Assembly: GCA_002633005.1 (NCBI GenBank)
Contig: NMRA01000461.1
Span: 124,001-188,000, forward strand
Length of the DNA stretch: 64,000 nt
Reading direction: 5' to 3'
DNA from: Phoronis australis
Taxonomy: Eukaryota; Animalia; Phoronida
Both the position numbers and the translations under genes were made by a program. This document shows positions 41,692-53,831 of the stretch, piece by piece (within the stretch, counting starts at the first letter, position 1; each line of letters opens with the position of its first letter). The notes beneath the pieces are model-generated. The model saw nothing but the letters and a program-made list of their open reading frames with translations, had not been told where the DNA came from and made no database searches.

Positions 41692-42995
41692 CTGGAAATT
41701 TCCAATGCAATCGTGCACTTTATTTAGATAAACCACGCATTACGGCCCAAATTTTGAGAGGTTACCACAAAAGTTCATTCGTACCTTAAATTACGAGAGT
41801 ATCAAATTTAGCCTGGCTGTGTAATTTTGATTGGTTTGGAGACATTTGCAAATAGTCACCAGAAAGTAGCCTATTCGAAATTCTGAGAAAAAATCAAAAA
41901 ACATGACCATCATTGAGTAAAACATCGATCATATTTTGGAAAGTAAGTAGGCTGAACATCCCAATTCTTTCATTTAGCATACAACTTTAAACATGTCATC
42001 AATACTTGATTTTTAGCATTGAGTTTACATGTACAGTATAGCTTCTCATTATAAATTCAGACTACGTGCTCTGAAATTGAAAACAATATTCAAAACCTAA
42101 ATTAATTTATTTGACGAAACACCCATGAAAAATAAATTAATAAAACTTACGAAACACACACCTTAAAATTTTTCTTCGCATTGTGCATACCACAATGATT
42201 TTCAAAGCTCATTGAGTCGAAAAATTCAATATTTCTTTCATGGACCGTAGAGGACTTTGGATTTCAAAATGATTAATAATTCAGTTTCCTTGTTTCATCG
42301 AGCCAAGGACTTCATGAGCAACATTAGAAAAGTTGGTGATTCAGAGCACGTCTTGCCTGTACTACATTAAACTGATGGTAGTTATTTGTCGAGTATTTTC
42401 TTGTAACCTGAGATTGGAATAACAGTCTCTGAATAATACAAAGAACTTTGTAAGTTTTAGTGGTCACATGCCCGGACTGGATGCGCGAATGAATAAAGAA
42501 GGACGCTGATCACGAGCAGGAAATCGTCAAACAGTACTATGTAGGCTCTAAAGCACACTTTTTGCAGCACTCATCAAATTAAAAAAGAAACGTGTTAAGG
42601 AGTGCAGCCAAGGGACAGGGAAGAGGCAGCATTAGCACTATGGGGACACAGGGAGTTGTAAGCGCATAAATTCAAATCTTTTTGAATGTATCAATTCAGA
42701 TGACCTTGACCTGGGAGGAAATTTACACTAAGAGCACGAGCCATGGCAAAAAAGAAGTACATTAGACGACCTGAATTAGAAATACCCTTTTCAGAAAAGT
42801 TGTCAATACCAAGGCCTGAAGATGGCGCAACGCGTTTGAGCAACAATAGTTTTATAATTTTGCATATTCACAAATCAAAATTGCTGATATTATCAAGGGA
42901 CGATGTAGTGTTCTACTTATCGAGTGGGCATGTATAATTGTCTGAATATAGACAGAAACTGTTGTTATTTGCATTGTTTTGTTGTTCTGTTTGAT

Positions 42996-43564
42996 TGACA
43001 TGACCCCTGAGTTCAGTACACGGATGGTGTAATTTGCTTACTACAAACTCTAGCATGACAGCAATTAATGCATCCTGGAATAGTCTAGAGGCTAGTATAT
43101 GTTTGTAGAATGATTGCGTAGATTCCGGAAAGTTCCGGCATGTGCTTGAATAGATGAAAAGTTCTAGAACATTGCATTGGTCTATAATTAATCAGGCACG
43201 GGTTTGGGACACTCAGTAAAAGCCGTTAAGCAGAAAATCAGGTAAGCAGTTACGCATTCGGAGTAAAACCAGTTAAACAGTTGACAGATAATAGCTGAAC
43301 ATCAGATAATTACTGGAGAGTTGCAATTGAGTTGCTGAACGTGTCCCGGAAGTTCATCAGAAGTCAAGGCTTTGCACCGCTCGCTGGAGTATAAAACATA
43401 CATTGCGCCCGACGTTTTGTTTGAGTAGGCTTCTGAACATACGTTCGAGATTAATACACGTATAAGCATTAACTTGAAACAGTCTTCAGTCTATCATTGC
43501 ACCGAAAGCTATAAGCACCGGTCTGTAACAACCTGCGGCCATCCACACAAGGGAAAACGTGACA
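42996..43564 (+). mobile_element. Probable solo LTR
   Basis: TGACATG...CGTGACA termini, about 570 bp, internal TATA-like ctataatta; no clean TSD. Confidence 0.45.
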
Positions 43565-44221
43565 ATAATTAAGTGACGACATTCAGTCCTCCTTTGCGAC
43601 ACCATTCCTTGTCAACTCAAACCTTTTTCCACACAAAGTTAGAAAATAGGTCAGGTTGTGAATCGTCGTAAGTATTATGTTTCCTACTACTTATTGAAAG
43701 GCAAAAAAGTTTGTACATATACATCTTACAGGACCATCTAGCGCGTTGTTCCTAAAGGCGAATGGAACTCAGTGAACCACAGACTTTGTTTAATTTTTAG
43801 AAACAGTTGACTGAAGCAAATATATCTGTCAACGTGACATTTACACAAAACTTTTGAGCTCTTTTCAGGTAAAAAATTACTTGGTGGAACCGTGGAGTCC
43901 ACCTTTAAAACGTGTGCATGCCCTCAATCAAGACTTAAAATTGTTTCGGTCACTGGGAAGATGTTGATATATTCGCGTAATGGTTGCTGCTCTTTCTCAC
44001 ACGTAGACCCTTGAGTTTAAATTATCCCCCCTGAGCTTCCCAAAGGTTTAGAAGACAGGTTGCATATGAATTGCGTCATCTGATGTGAGTGGCGTATTCT
44101 GCCAGTTTTTTGAAACTAATCATGAAAGACTGTCGCCAACATTGGCTTTGAGGTCAGTGTTCATCTAAGACTATAGATGGCGATAGGATAATCAAGATTG
44201 CGTCTTGAATTATTGACTTAC

Positions 44222-44398
44222 TAGCACATTCAAGTGGTACTCCCGTCCAGTTTCCATAAGCGTCGCAGGTGCGTAATTGGATACCACCTGCCTGCTCATA
44301 TCCCATGTCGCAAGAGTATTGGGCTGTCCCTTCATAAAGCTCCGAGCTAGTTTCAACAGTGGTATTGAAGTTGCTGTTTGGCTTTCCACATGTTTTTC
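44222..44398 (-). CDS. CCP/sushi exon S3 (RKTCGKPNSNFN...CDAYGNWTGVPLECA)
   Basis: Sushi pattern; 177 nt; tatag / gtaagt. Confidence 0.93.
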
Positions 44399-46085
44399 CT
44401 ATAATTTTCCAATGCTAGTATGATAATACAGGCTTTACCAAATTTTTAGCATCGTATTCACAATCTAGTATTTCATTATATGTTCAGAATACCTTCACTG
44501 AAGTGTTGAATTAATTTACTTAAATGATATTTAAATTTTTACTTGCAAACCACAATGATATCTTTCACTCTTTCAACATTGAAAAACTTGATATGGATTT
44601 TTTGAGGACGTTGGGTTTTCAATTGGGTTAATGGTTTAATTTTCTTATTTTGTCGAACCAAAGAGTTTCATGTCAATATGATGATAATTTTCGAGTCCGA
44701 GTCCGTTTTGTCTTGACTGAGTTAAATTTGTAGGTGGTTATTTAATTGTCGAGTATTGCTTCAGCAAATACAGTTTGAAGTAGTATTTGCAGAGTTTTTC
44801 TACGACATGGGCAAATTTTGGTGATCGCATGAGCTCATTGGGTGAAATACTAAAATAAGTGGAAAGGCACTATCCACGTGCAAAGACACAGTACATCGAG
44901 TGATACATCCACGTACAAGTACCAAATGTTTAGTTTGAACAATTCAGCAAAACTACACATGCACTGTAAACGTGTGACAAAGGTAACTATGAAGAGCAAA
45001 AACACCTATCTTGGTTTGGTGGAAAGACGGGGGTGCTTACATGATTTCAAATCTGCTCGAATGTTAACATGATTCGATTGTTTATTGGTGGCGTATCAGT
45101 CTTTTACTATAATACCGTTTAGACGTAGAAATAGGAATAGAAACGCGATCACATGACAGTTTCAAAACTTTGCAATTTACCATTTGAAATTTTACTAAAG
45201 TAATCGTTGTACACTAATTGTATCACAACTTCTTGGCCATTAAAAGAAAAGAAAACAAACAAGCGATGCATATATTTTGATAATCATCGTAGTTTTTTTC
45301 GAAATATTTCAATACATTATAATTATGTGCACCTAATCAAGAATGTGCGAGTCTAGGTTTATAGTCAGAGAACCCATTGGCTCAAAAGGTACGAAAGTCC
45401 GAGTTTTCCGAATTATTGCCCATCCAGACTAAAAAGCAACATGTGGCATATTGTTTAGTTTTATTATTTTCACTTCAACTTACCAGGTAATGTTTGTTAG
45501 TCTGCAGCATTGATAGCACGACGGGATGTTGGGAAGTGCAGAACAATTTGTTTTGACATAGATTAAGTATTTGCTTCAACCTGAGGATCGTTTCTGAGAT
45601 GGATGTAAAAGATTTTAGTGAACGTGTCTGAGTTCATCTGATGTATTAAATTTCCATACATTGTCAACTGACCAATTAAATTTATACAAACTGCCGTGAT
45701 CTCGGAAATTACAGGAAAGCGCCTGAAGTGAGTGTTTTTTTTTCTGAAGAACGTCGCTGAAAAAGAGCACATTTCGGAAACAATCTATTGTTTAATACCA
45801 GACACAACCGCGTGTATTATTGAAAATAATAAAATTCTATTTCATTAACGGCGAAAAAATGTTTTGCGACTCATCAGCATAAAAAGACCAAATGACGTGA
45901 GCAGTAGTATACTGTGAACCAACATTACCAAGTGAAACGCAAAGTGAACAATGTACACGAAAATCACACGCTAACGGCATAGAAAAGCACTACTGCTTTT
46001 GAAGTCTGGCTTATTATTAAGCAGGATACTTAGAAGTTACTATACGCTTAGTTTACATCAAGCATTTCTCTAGTCAGGTGCTCAC

Positions 46086-46262
46086 TTGTGCACTTGAGTG
46101 CTTCTCCCGTCCATTCCCTGTCAGCATTGCATGTACGTGTTATATTGCCACCTGATCGCGTATATCCCGCGACGCACGAGTAACTGGCTGTTCCTTTGTA
46201 AACGTTCGACGTAATTTCAACGCTGGTGTTGGGGTCACTGTCTGGATTACCGCAATTTACTC
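46086..46262 (-). CDS. CCP/sushi exon S2 (GVNCGNPDSDPN...CNADREWTGEALKCT)
   Basis: Sushi pattern; 177 nt; catag / gtgag; phase 1-1. Confidence 0.93.
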
Positions 46263-46852
46263 CTATGAATTGCAATAAATTGATATCATGGCAATTACGT
46301 AAAAACTTTAATTGGTAACCAGGAAATCCAACGTAAAAACTAAATCGACGTTAATATCCAAAAATAGTGAAGCACAATTTTAGGTTCATACACGGGAACG
46401 GAAAATAACACACGTGATATCAGAAAATTCGTTTTCTAGCCGACAATGTAGCTTAAACAACTTCGAATAATGCCTTTTGTAAAATCTAATGCCACATATT
46501 GTACTGGTCGTTGATGCTGCTTTATCCACGTGTGTTATCTCGCTCCTTGTGAGATGTTGGCTTCTTTGCAGCAATTCTTTTGTTCACAAATCTTTGTTTC
46601 AAGTGGCCTCAAAAATTTGCCGATTTAGGATGAGCCACATTTACATGTGATTTATGAGATGGAGTTCTTTATTTTCACCATAGCTGCTGTTGGTTTCACC
46701 TGGGTCAGTCGTCGACCCAGAATGTCTGAGCTACGATATGTGGTTCTTATTTTGAATTTCTTTGTGTCAATTATGCATTTTCAGGTTTCCTGAGACAGGG
46801 TGCAAAGAAGGGTTTCGTACACCCAGAACGGTGATAACGTCCCAACATTACG

Positions 46853-47278
46853 GCGTTTTCCCGTTGTTCAAAACTTGTTGGATTCCATTGTACAACAACA
46901 AGTTGGGAAGAGAACCCCCGTAGCCACGACTGTTTGACTTCATTGAGGCATTCATGGTTGGAGGGCCAGCTCTCTTATGTTCGATAATTGCTATAATCTC
47001 CAATAAGATCTTATCTAGCCTGATTGGGCTGTGCTGCTAAAAAATAATGTTAACTTAGAACATATTTGAACATAAACCAATAGCCTTTCTGAAATCCTCG
47101 TCAAATGATCATGTTTAGTTTTTGATTCGCCAAAATCGCCCAACTACAACCGAAGTTACGACAATCTCGGGTTTGACTATGTTCGCACATGGTCTGTAAT
47201 AAGCCTGCTAGATTATTGGCCTGTCTGTTGTGATAACAGGCAAAAGACAAAGAAGCTGCATGTAGATGTTATCACACG
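46853..47278 (-). repeat. Dispersed repeat, inverted partner of 13548-14005
   Basis: Reverse complement aligns over about 430 bp. Confidence 0.88.
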
Positions 47279-48447
47279 AGTGTGCCAGCTCCTGTGACGG
47301 CCATTAGCAATCTGCACCCGGCCTGGCGTTGTCATGCACTTGATTCAAGACCTGTCACGACATCTACACACATGTATTCGAACTGGATTTGTTTTAATGT
47401 ACTTTTAATGAGTTTTACTGTTTGTGTGCATTTTGCTCATGTCGAGCTCGTATAACTCAAGGCGTGTTCCAGCAAGCGTAGGTGTATCTCTTTCCATACT
47501 GTGTTTCAGGCTCCGGGGGTTATCCCATGCACTATGGCATCCGAAAGCGTCAGATTAGTTATCGCCACCAACACGGTCGATTTCAGGACAGCGTTTGCCT
47601 TTAATCTAGGCACTCTTTACTTAAATAATATCCATATAACTTCAGGCTCGGAAAAGAATTTCAGATGTCCAGAACACCCCTGGAATTTGACTGGCCTAAA
47701 ACTTCCTCTCAGAGGTAAGCATCATTAGTGCATGCATGTTTGTCAACTTTTGTACAAGTTACAACGATTCTTCACAATACCTCACCGTACGGCTGAAGTC
47801 CGGATATTCCCAGATCAAGCACACCTACAGTGTATCTGGGTGCGTTGAATTTTAGGCTACGAAAATGTTCAAGGTGTTTTAAGATGTTGAAGAATATCCA
47901 CACGTTTACCAACGTGCAGTAGTAAATCTCAAATACTGCTGACAATTCATGTGTCAAAGTCGCCTGAATTGGAAAAAGTTGTTGCGTTTGCAAAATAGGA
48001 AAGCTCGTGAAAAATAGCACGGTTCGAAATCCTTTGAAAATAAGCTGAAAACTGTTTGTCAGTTATTTCGCTGGTTTTTGACGTTTTCTCTGCATATACG
48101 GATACCCTTTTTACTAAATACTTCATAGTCCAATGACTATTCGTGCTAAAAAATTGTTCTATAAAATTACAACCTCACCATTGTTATTAACCGTAGTTCT
48201 CCGGGTTTTTCCTGTTCTACTTTGTACATTTACGAGTGCAAACACGCCACCTTTTAGGGATCAGATGAGTTAAAGCTCTTCGGAACAAAACCTCGAACCA
48301 GATGTAGTGTTATACAAGGTCCAACATGCTTTTGTGAACATCGGAGAGCAAGTTGTGGAAAAGTCATGGAATGGTATTTATTCCTCGCCGTCATAATTCC
48401 AAGGTGCCATGGATTGGCTTTATCAAGATAGATAATATTTGACTTAC

Positions 48448-48624
48448 CAATGCAAACGAGGGGCGACCCTGTCCATTCACCATAACCGTCACACGTTCGC
48501 GTTTCGTCACCATCCAATCGTTCGTATCCGTTATCACAAGAATAATTCGATGTTCCCTTATAAGCTTCGGACGTAGTGTTCACATTTGAATAAGGGTTAA
48601 CATCCGGCGGTCCACATACTTTCG
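48448..48624 (-). CDS. CCP/sushi exon S1 (AKVCGPPDVNPYSNVNTTSEAYKGTSNYSCDNGYERLDGDETRTCDGYGEWTGSPLVCI)
   Basis: Four Cys plus C-x2-GY and C-x5-W sushi pattern; 177 nt; tttcag / gtaagt; phase 1-1. Confidence 0.93.
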
Positions 48625-48738
48625 CTGAAAATTCTCAAAATCTCAAGGCATTTCATACGAATCTTCACAAAATGTTTACCTGAGGACTAATTTTAATGAA
48701 GGTTTGGTTGTTGGGATGATACCAACACCATTGCTCAG

Positions 48739-48993
48739 CATGCGCGCACCCAGGGGGGCTCGGGAGCTCGAACGAGCCCCCACATTTGGCGAAGTGGGCA
48801 AAAAGGTCCACGTGTGACAAACAAAAAGTTCGACAAAATGAGACAAAAGTCATATAAACAAGCACAAACGCGCAATTCACAGTGTTGCGCCAGTTTTTTT
48901 ATTTTTTTTTTAGTCCGCCGGCTATTTTGTTACCAAAATGTCCACAACGTTGGGAATTCGAGCCCCCCATGTTGAAGGCTGGGTGCGCACATG
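48739..48993. mobile_element. MITE with 5-bp TSD CTCAG
   Basis: TIR CATGCGCGCACCCAG / CTGGGTGCGCACATG; CTCAG on both sides. Confidence 0.85.
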
Positions 48994-51058
48994 CTCAGCA
49001 TACCAATGGCGTGAATGCTGGATTCCTACTCTTATGTTTTCACGAATGACGCGTTAATACCGTACGTCTGTGCATTGGTACTGGGAGAACGAATTTTCCC
49101 GGTATACCATTGTGAGACGACAGGGTGAAACGAAAATTCTATCATTTACTCAACCTTGAGACCTTAGAAATGTTTGCGTTTGTACATGTATTGCGCAAAT
49201 CAAATTTTCTTATGATTTCGACAAAGTATACTCCAACTTAATAAACCGCAATACTGACTGTATAGCAGTTTAAAATTTTACTTCACGTCTTTTCCTTTAG
49301 CTTCAATTTCATTCAGTTGAGATGAAAATGACGCCGTACCCTCCAAAACACAAGCTTCTTTAACTACATTTTTGTGAAACAAATTGATCGGCTAATGAAA
49401 TCAATACCAACAAGTCAAAACCATGTCACGTGTATCATTTCATGCAAATTAGTGCCACCATTACCAAATTTTCATTTTTTGCCACATATCGGGGCAATTT
49501 TTGTAATTGGTCAAATGCAGCCATCTTGATTCGCGAAAGTCTTTGATATCAACCTGGAAGGCTGGTTTCTCAAAGCTCAAACTGTGCTCGAAGTCACGCA
49601 GAGTTGGGGAGTGACTTGTTACAGATTTGGCAAGTTTTTACAAAAGAGCAAAGAATGTAAATTAAAGCAAGTAAGTTTTTATGTATAAGTTTGATATGAA
49701 AACGAAGCGTTTGAATTACATATATGACGCTGGAAGACAACAGTTAACATTGGTAACAACAGTAACGATTAGCGAAACATTGTAGTATTTGATTTCGTTT
49801 CACTGTATGGGAGATTAATTGGGATGCTTGTTTTCCGATAGTGAGTGAACATAAAAAGTTACACGGGGCACATTATCACCCTAGAACAACATTGATTGAA
49901 AATAATCCATGTCAGCTACTCGAATGAAGGGTAAATACGTTTGTGGGCTCGTTTTCAACTGTTGTCTCATATTTGGAGTCTTTGAAGCATAAACACTACA
50001 TAAAAATAACTCAAATTCGAAATCTCAATTGATGGGGTACTATTTGTTTTTGACTCTCACCCTATACTTGGATAGTAGCAGAGAATGAAAGTCAGTCCAC
50101 ATTTTCTTGAAATGCACCATGCTTTTCATTGGAAGAAAACACAAGGAGTAATGAGCGACTTAATTTCGGAAGATACGGCATCGTGTTTCTATTCGAAAGC
50201 AAGGCTATACTTTCAATTACATTTGACGTCGTTGCTGTTTCGAAGCTCCAAAAATGCAACATCACATTATTTATTCATGTATTTGTTTACCTACTTAAAT
50301 TTTGAGGCTGAGTAACATCCCACCCCCAAGCAGACCCAGTCAGAAAAGTTTACATGTACATGATAAAATACTGCACGACTCAGGTTTGTACAACGCCTGG
50401 GAATGTTTGAATGAGTATAAATGCAGTAGTACATGTATATATTACTGTTTAATCTATGACCTTCATGGGCTTGTATGCTAGGTTTTATTGTAATTTTCAT
50501 ACATAACACTTGGAAATGACGTTGGCGAAACCCTTGTGCAAAATTATTTTTGTACAAAATTCATAATTGGAATACAGAGGCACATGAATATTTGGAGTAC
50601 ATGTACATGTACATTGCAAGCGTACATTTAACATTAAATTATCTTGTCATTCAGAGCATTTACAAATTTTCACATTAGTGTAATTGGCTAAAATATCTGT
50701 TTACATTAAAGGACTTACATGTAATAATTCCGTTTAAAAACAACGCAAAATTTCCGGTTTCCCTGTATTAGTGGCCTTCGATGGGGTCTTTGTCGGGAAC
50801 TAAATTACTTTCTCATCACACACACTTTTGGTATCTTGCTAGCTACGCACCTTAATAATTTATTAGTATTCATTGGTCAGTATTTTGCATTAAACGAATC
50901 GCATTCTGTTCCACACAGCAATATGGCGGCGCGTACTGTATAGTTTCATAGGCCGTCCGATCTCTGTCTCTACATCCATGGTCCTACTCCGAAGTGGTTC
51001 TGCGTTAATTTTCGAACCCGGTAATATATAGCGCAAACTGAACCGTGTCAATTCTTAC

Positions 51059-51181
51059 CTCGACATGTGAGACCATCGCCTTCATACCCAATGGAACACT
51101 GGCACACGTAGTCTCCAAACAGGGGTTTGATGCAAACGGCATTTGCGTCACATTTCTGCAACTTCTTTATGCATTCGTCCA
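51059..51181 (-). CDS. Coding exon 4: EGF-like domain (VDECIKKLQKCDANAVCIKPLFGDYVCQCSIGYEGDGLTCR)
   Basis: Six-Cys EGF pattern with DEC start and GYEGDG-C end; cag acceptor, G|gtaag donor, 123 nt, phase 1-1. Confidence 0.93.
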
Positions 51182-51877
51182 CTGGTACAAAGGAACAGAT
51201 GTGATAACATCAATTAATTACCGCTATATTGTTGGATTACATCAAACTGAAACTGAGAACCAGCAACGATAATTCAGGTATCGCAAATCAAACGACATTG
51301 TTGTAGGCGTGTCCTCATTTAGGCAATCGTACATTTTTGTTACCAATGAGTTGCGGTTCTTCGAATATTTTTCAAAATGCTTATTTACAAATATCGAAAC
51401 CGTGGGTTTTCAAATCAGAAACGCACCAAATTAACGTCTGAACGTTTGCATCGCAAAACAATGTTATTTCAAATCGTAAGCTGCCACTGAGTGTTGTGAC
51501 TCAATTGTAGGTATACGTTGTCACACGAAACCGTCGCTATCAGCCTCTGCTGTCTATTTGACACACATGGTGCCCTAGATTTACTGTTTTATTAGAATAT
51601 GACATTGGAAAAGAACACTTCTAAACATTTCATTGAATGCTTAAATCCTCATCTTTATCAATCTCCTAAATTTCAGACTATGGGATGATTAGTTCATCTC
51701 ATAAAAAACATAATGTGTGAAAATGCAAAGTCCAACTTGGAAGCCTTATAAATGAACGTTAAAGCATATTACTTGTGGCTCAGCTGATCATAGTAACAGG
51801 TACATGTTAGACATTTACAATCAGAAAATAACACAGGCTAGCGAATACACGAAATAACGCACTGTTTTGAACAAAAC

Positions 51878-52125
51878 CATACACCCGTCGGTATCGTTCG
51901 GTTATCAATTCCTCAACTAAGCGAAGACCTCCGTCGTCGGTGCCGTAATACAATTTGGCCGCACACTGCATATCCCCGAGAAAATTGCGCCGTTCGTTGA
52001 AGTGAATTAAGAATTTGAAATCCTTTTGACGCGTAGCTGTTTGTCGAGTTGAAGTGTAAAATCTTTGGGAAAGAACTTCTTTATGAAGAACTTTCCCCTT
52101 GGAGTCGCCTGACTTCATTGTAAGA
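51878..52125 (-). CDS. Coding exon 3: second half of N-terminal domain ending ERYRRVY
   Basis: ctattttcag acceptor, phase 2, open frame (LTMKSG...GDMQCAAK...ERYRR). The 3' boundary is uncertain: the phase-1 donor needed for the EGF exon is the weak G|gttttg at 51877. Confidence 0.65.
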
Positions 52126-53655
52126 CTGAAAATAGATGTTCAGCTTTACTGTGTGCAATCAATACTAATATTAGCTATCTTTTGAAACCACTGGCGGTTT
52201 TGAAAACCGCTATCTTAGAGTAAAGCCTCTTTAAACGTTAACAATACGTGTGTGGCGAGGTTGTGTTTCTGATTTAACAATATATTCGGTCTGCACAAAG
52301 TGGTGCCACTGTTAAGCTAAACCGACCGTGTGGCATGATTGTCACTTTTGACAACAGCCTCAAGCAGCGCTTCAAGGCTCCTTATGTGGAACCTTATGAA
52401 ATTGTTTGTAGATTTCCCCAATAGCCTAGAAAACATCAAGCATTAGCGTTGTAAAGGAACAAGTCTTCTTAAAGAAGAAACCTTCTAAGATTTGATTTTA
52501 GTGTTATTATTATCTCTAATTAAATGGGTGTCGTAACCATGAGTTTTTAGTAAATATTACCAAAAAACAACGTCGTTTCAGTTTTTTGAAGTACCAAATT
52601 TTCCTCGATTAATGGAAAGTTTGAGTATATCCATGAAAAGCATATCGTGAAAGCTGCTCATGCATACATGTACGTGAAGTATTTTAAATACAATTCCTGA
52701 AAGCCGTATAGAGATCGCCGTACAAAGCATAGCATGTGAAGGTTTCAAATGATTCCGATGATAGCCATTCATTTCTGTGACAATGCTCCAAGTTACCTAA
52801 CCTTGGACATTTTCCTTTAATGATCTCGCATCTCAACGTTGAATTTGGAGGCACTCTTCATTCACACAAGTGTTATTTTGAATTACTGAGGATCACCCCC
52901 CAAAATAATGCTTCGCGGTTTCTGGGTTTGTTATTATTTCTGTGTATGTTCTGTGTATCCTTCAATAAATATATATCACTTAAAAAAACAAAATAGATCG
53001 TTCAGTAGGATTACCAGGACGATGATTACACGTATTGCTTGCACCATAGCTACATGTATGCCATGCTGCGCACAAGCTATTGATAAGGAGTACAGTGTAA
53101 ATGGCTGTTTCCAAGGTGACCAACAAAGACTCTCTTTGAAATTGCTTGACATTTCAATTACGTTGAGCTACGTACTTCTGTTCTGCAAGATCATACTAAA
53201 ATACACGTTTACTTACAAGCAGAAGCAGATGAATGGTCAATACATAAAAATAGAATTAACCCGGACTAGCAAAGGATTTTACTGGGAATAAACATAGGGA
53301 CTCTTATTCATGGAAAAATGACTTAATTTTTGTCACCAAATACAAACTTGCACGTGACTAGCACATGTATGGAGCATGTTTTACTAAGTGTTATGTGTCC
53401 ATGAAGCGATAAATGTGTGCAGTTTGTTTAATCAAAAAGAGCACTGGAAACTATAACACGTGTATGTAAAAGAGTTTGAGAAATTGTTCGATTTTCTGCT
53501 ATTAGTAGTCCAAGAAGGACATCATTTCCAACAAATTCAGTACACAAAATCGTTGAACTTGATGAACAAGCAAAGGAACTATTTGTCTCATGTTTATCCG
53601 TTTTTGGTACTCCATGAACATTTTTGACATCCAGAATACCAGAAAATCACCATAC

Positions 53656-53831
53656 CTGCATGACAAATGTAATTCGAGCTTCTTGGTGGCAGTTGCAACT
53701 GTCGCCGATGCGCGTATGTTCAAAGTGTTAGTTCCCGTATGATAAGGCATGGTCCCTGCCCATCCTTCGCCGTGGAACCTAGTTTGCAACCTCAATAGCG
53801 AATGTGCGTTCTCTGCCAAGGTGCATGGAAG
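53656..53831 (-). CDS. Coding exon 2: end of signal peptide and first half of N-terminal domain (LPCTLAENAH...LELHLSC)
   Basis: catttatag acceptor; 176 nt open; TGC AG|gtatgg phase-2 donor matches the phase-2 start of exon 3. Confidence 0.75.

Noticed and set aside
22100-44220. Dscam-style docking/selector sequences in the conserved intron blocks next to S3-S10 (for example GTGGCGT motifs)
   Set aside because: The similarity is explained by exon-intron duplication, and I found no convincing single complementary docking site by eye.
47785-47823. Possible 39-nt phase 1-1 cassette exon (VLDLGISGLQPY) between S1 and S2
   Set aside because: Poor polypyrimidine tract, and it would break the uniform CCP linker; no other support.
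50595-50615. Frequent TACATGTA/ACATGT motifs across the window
   Set aside because: Scattered without positional structure; most likely a genome-wide compositional feature.
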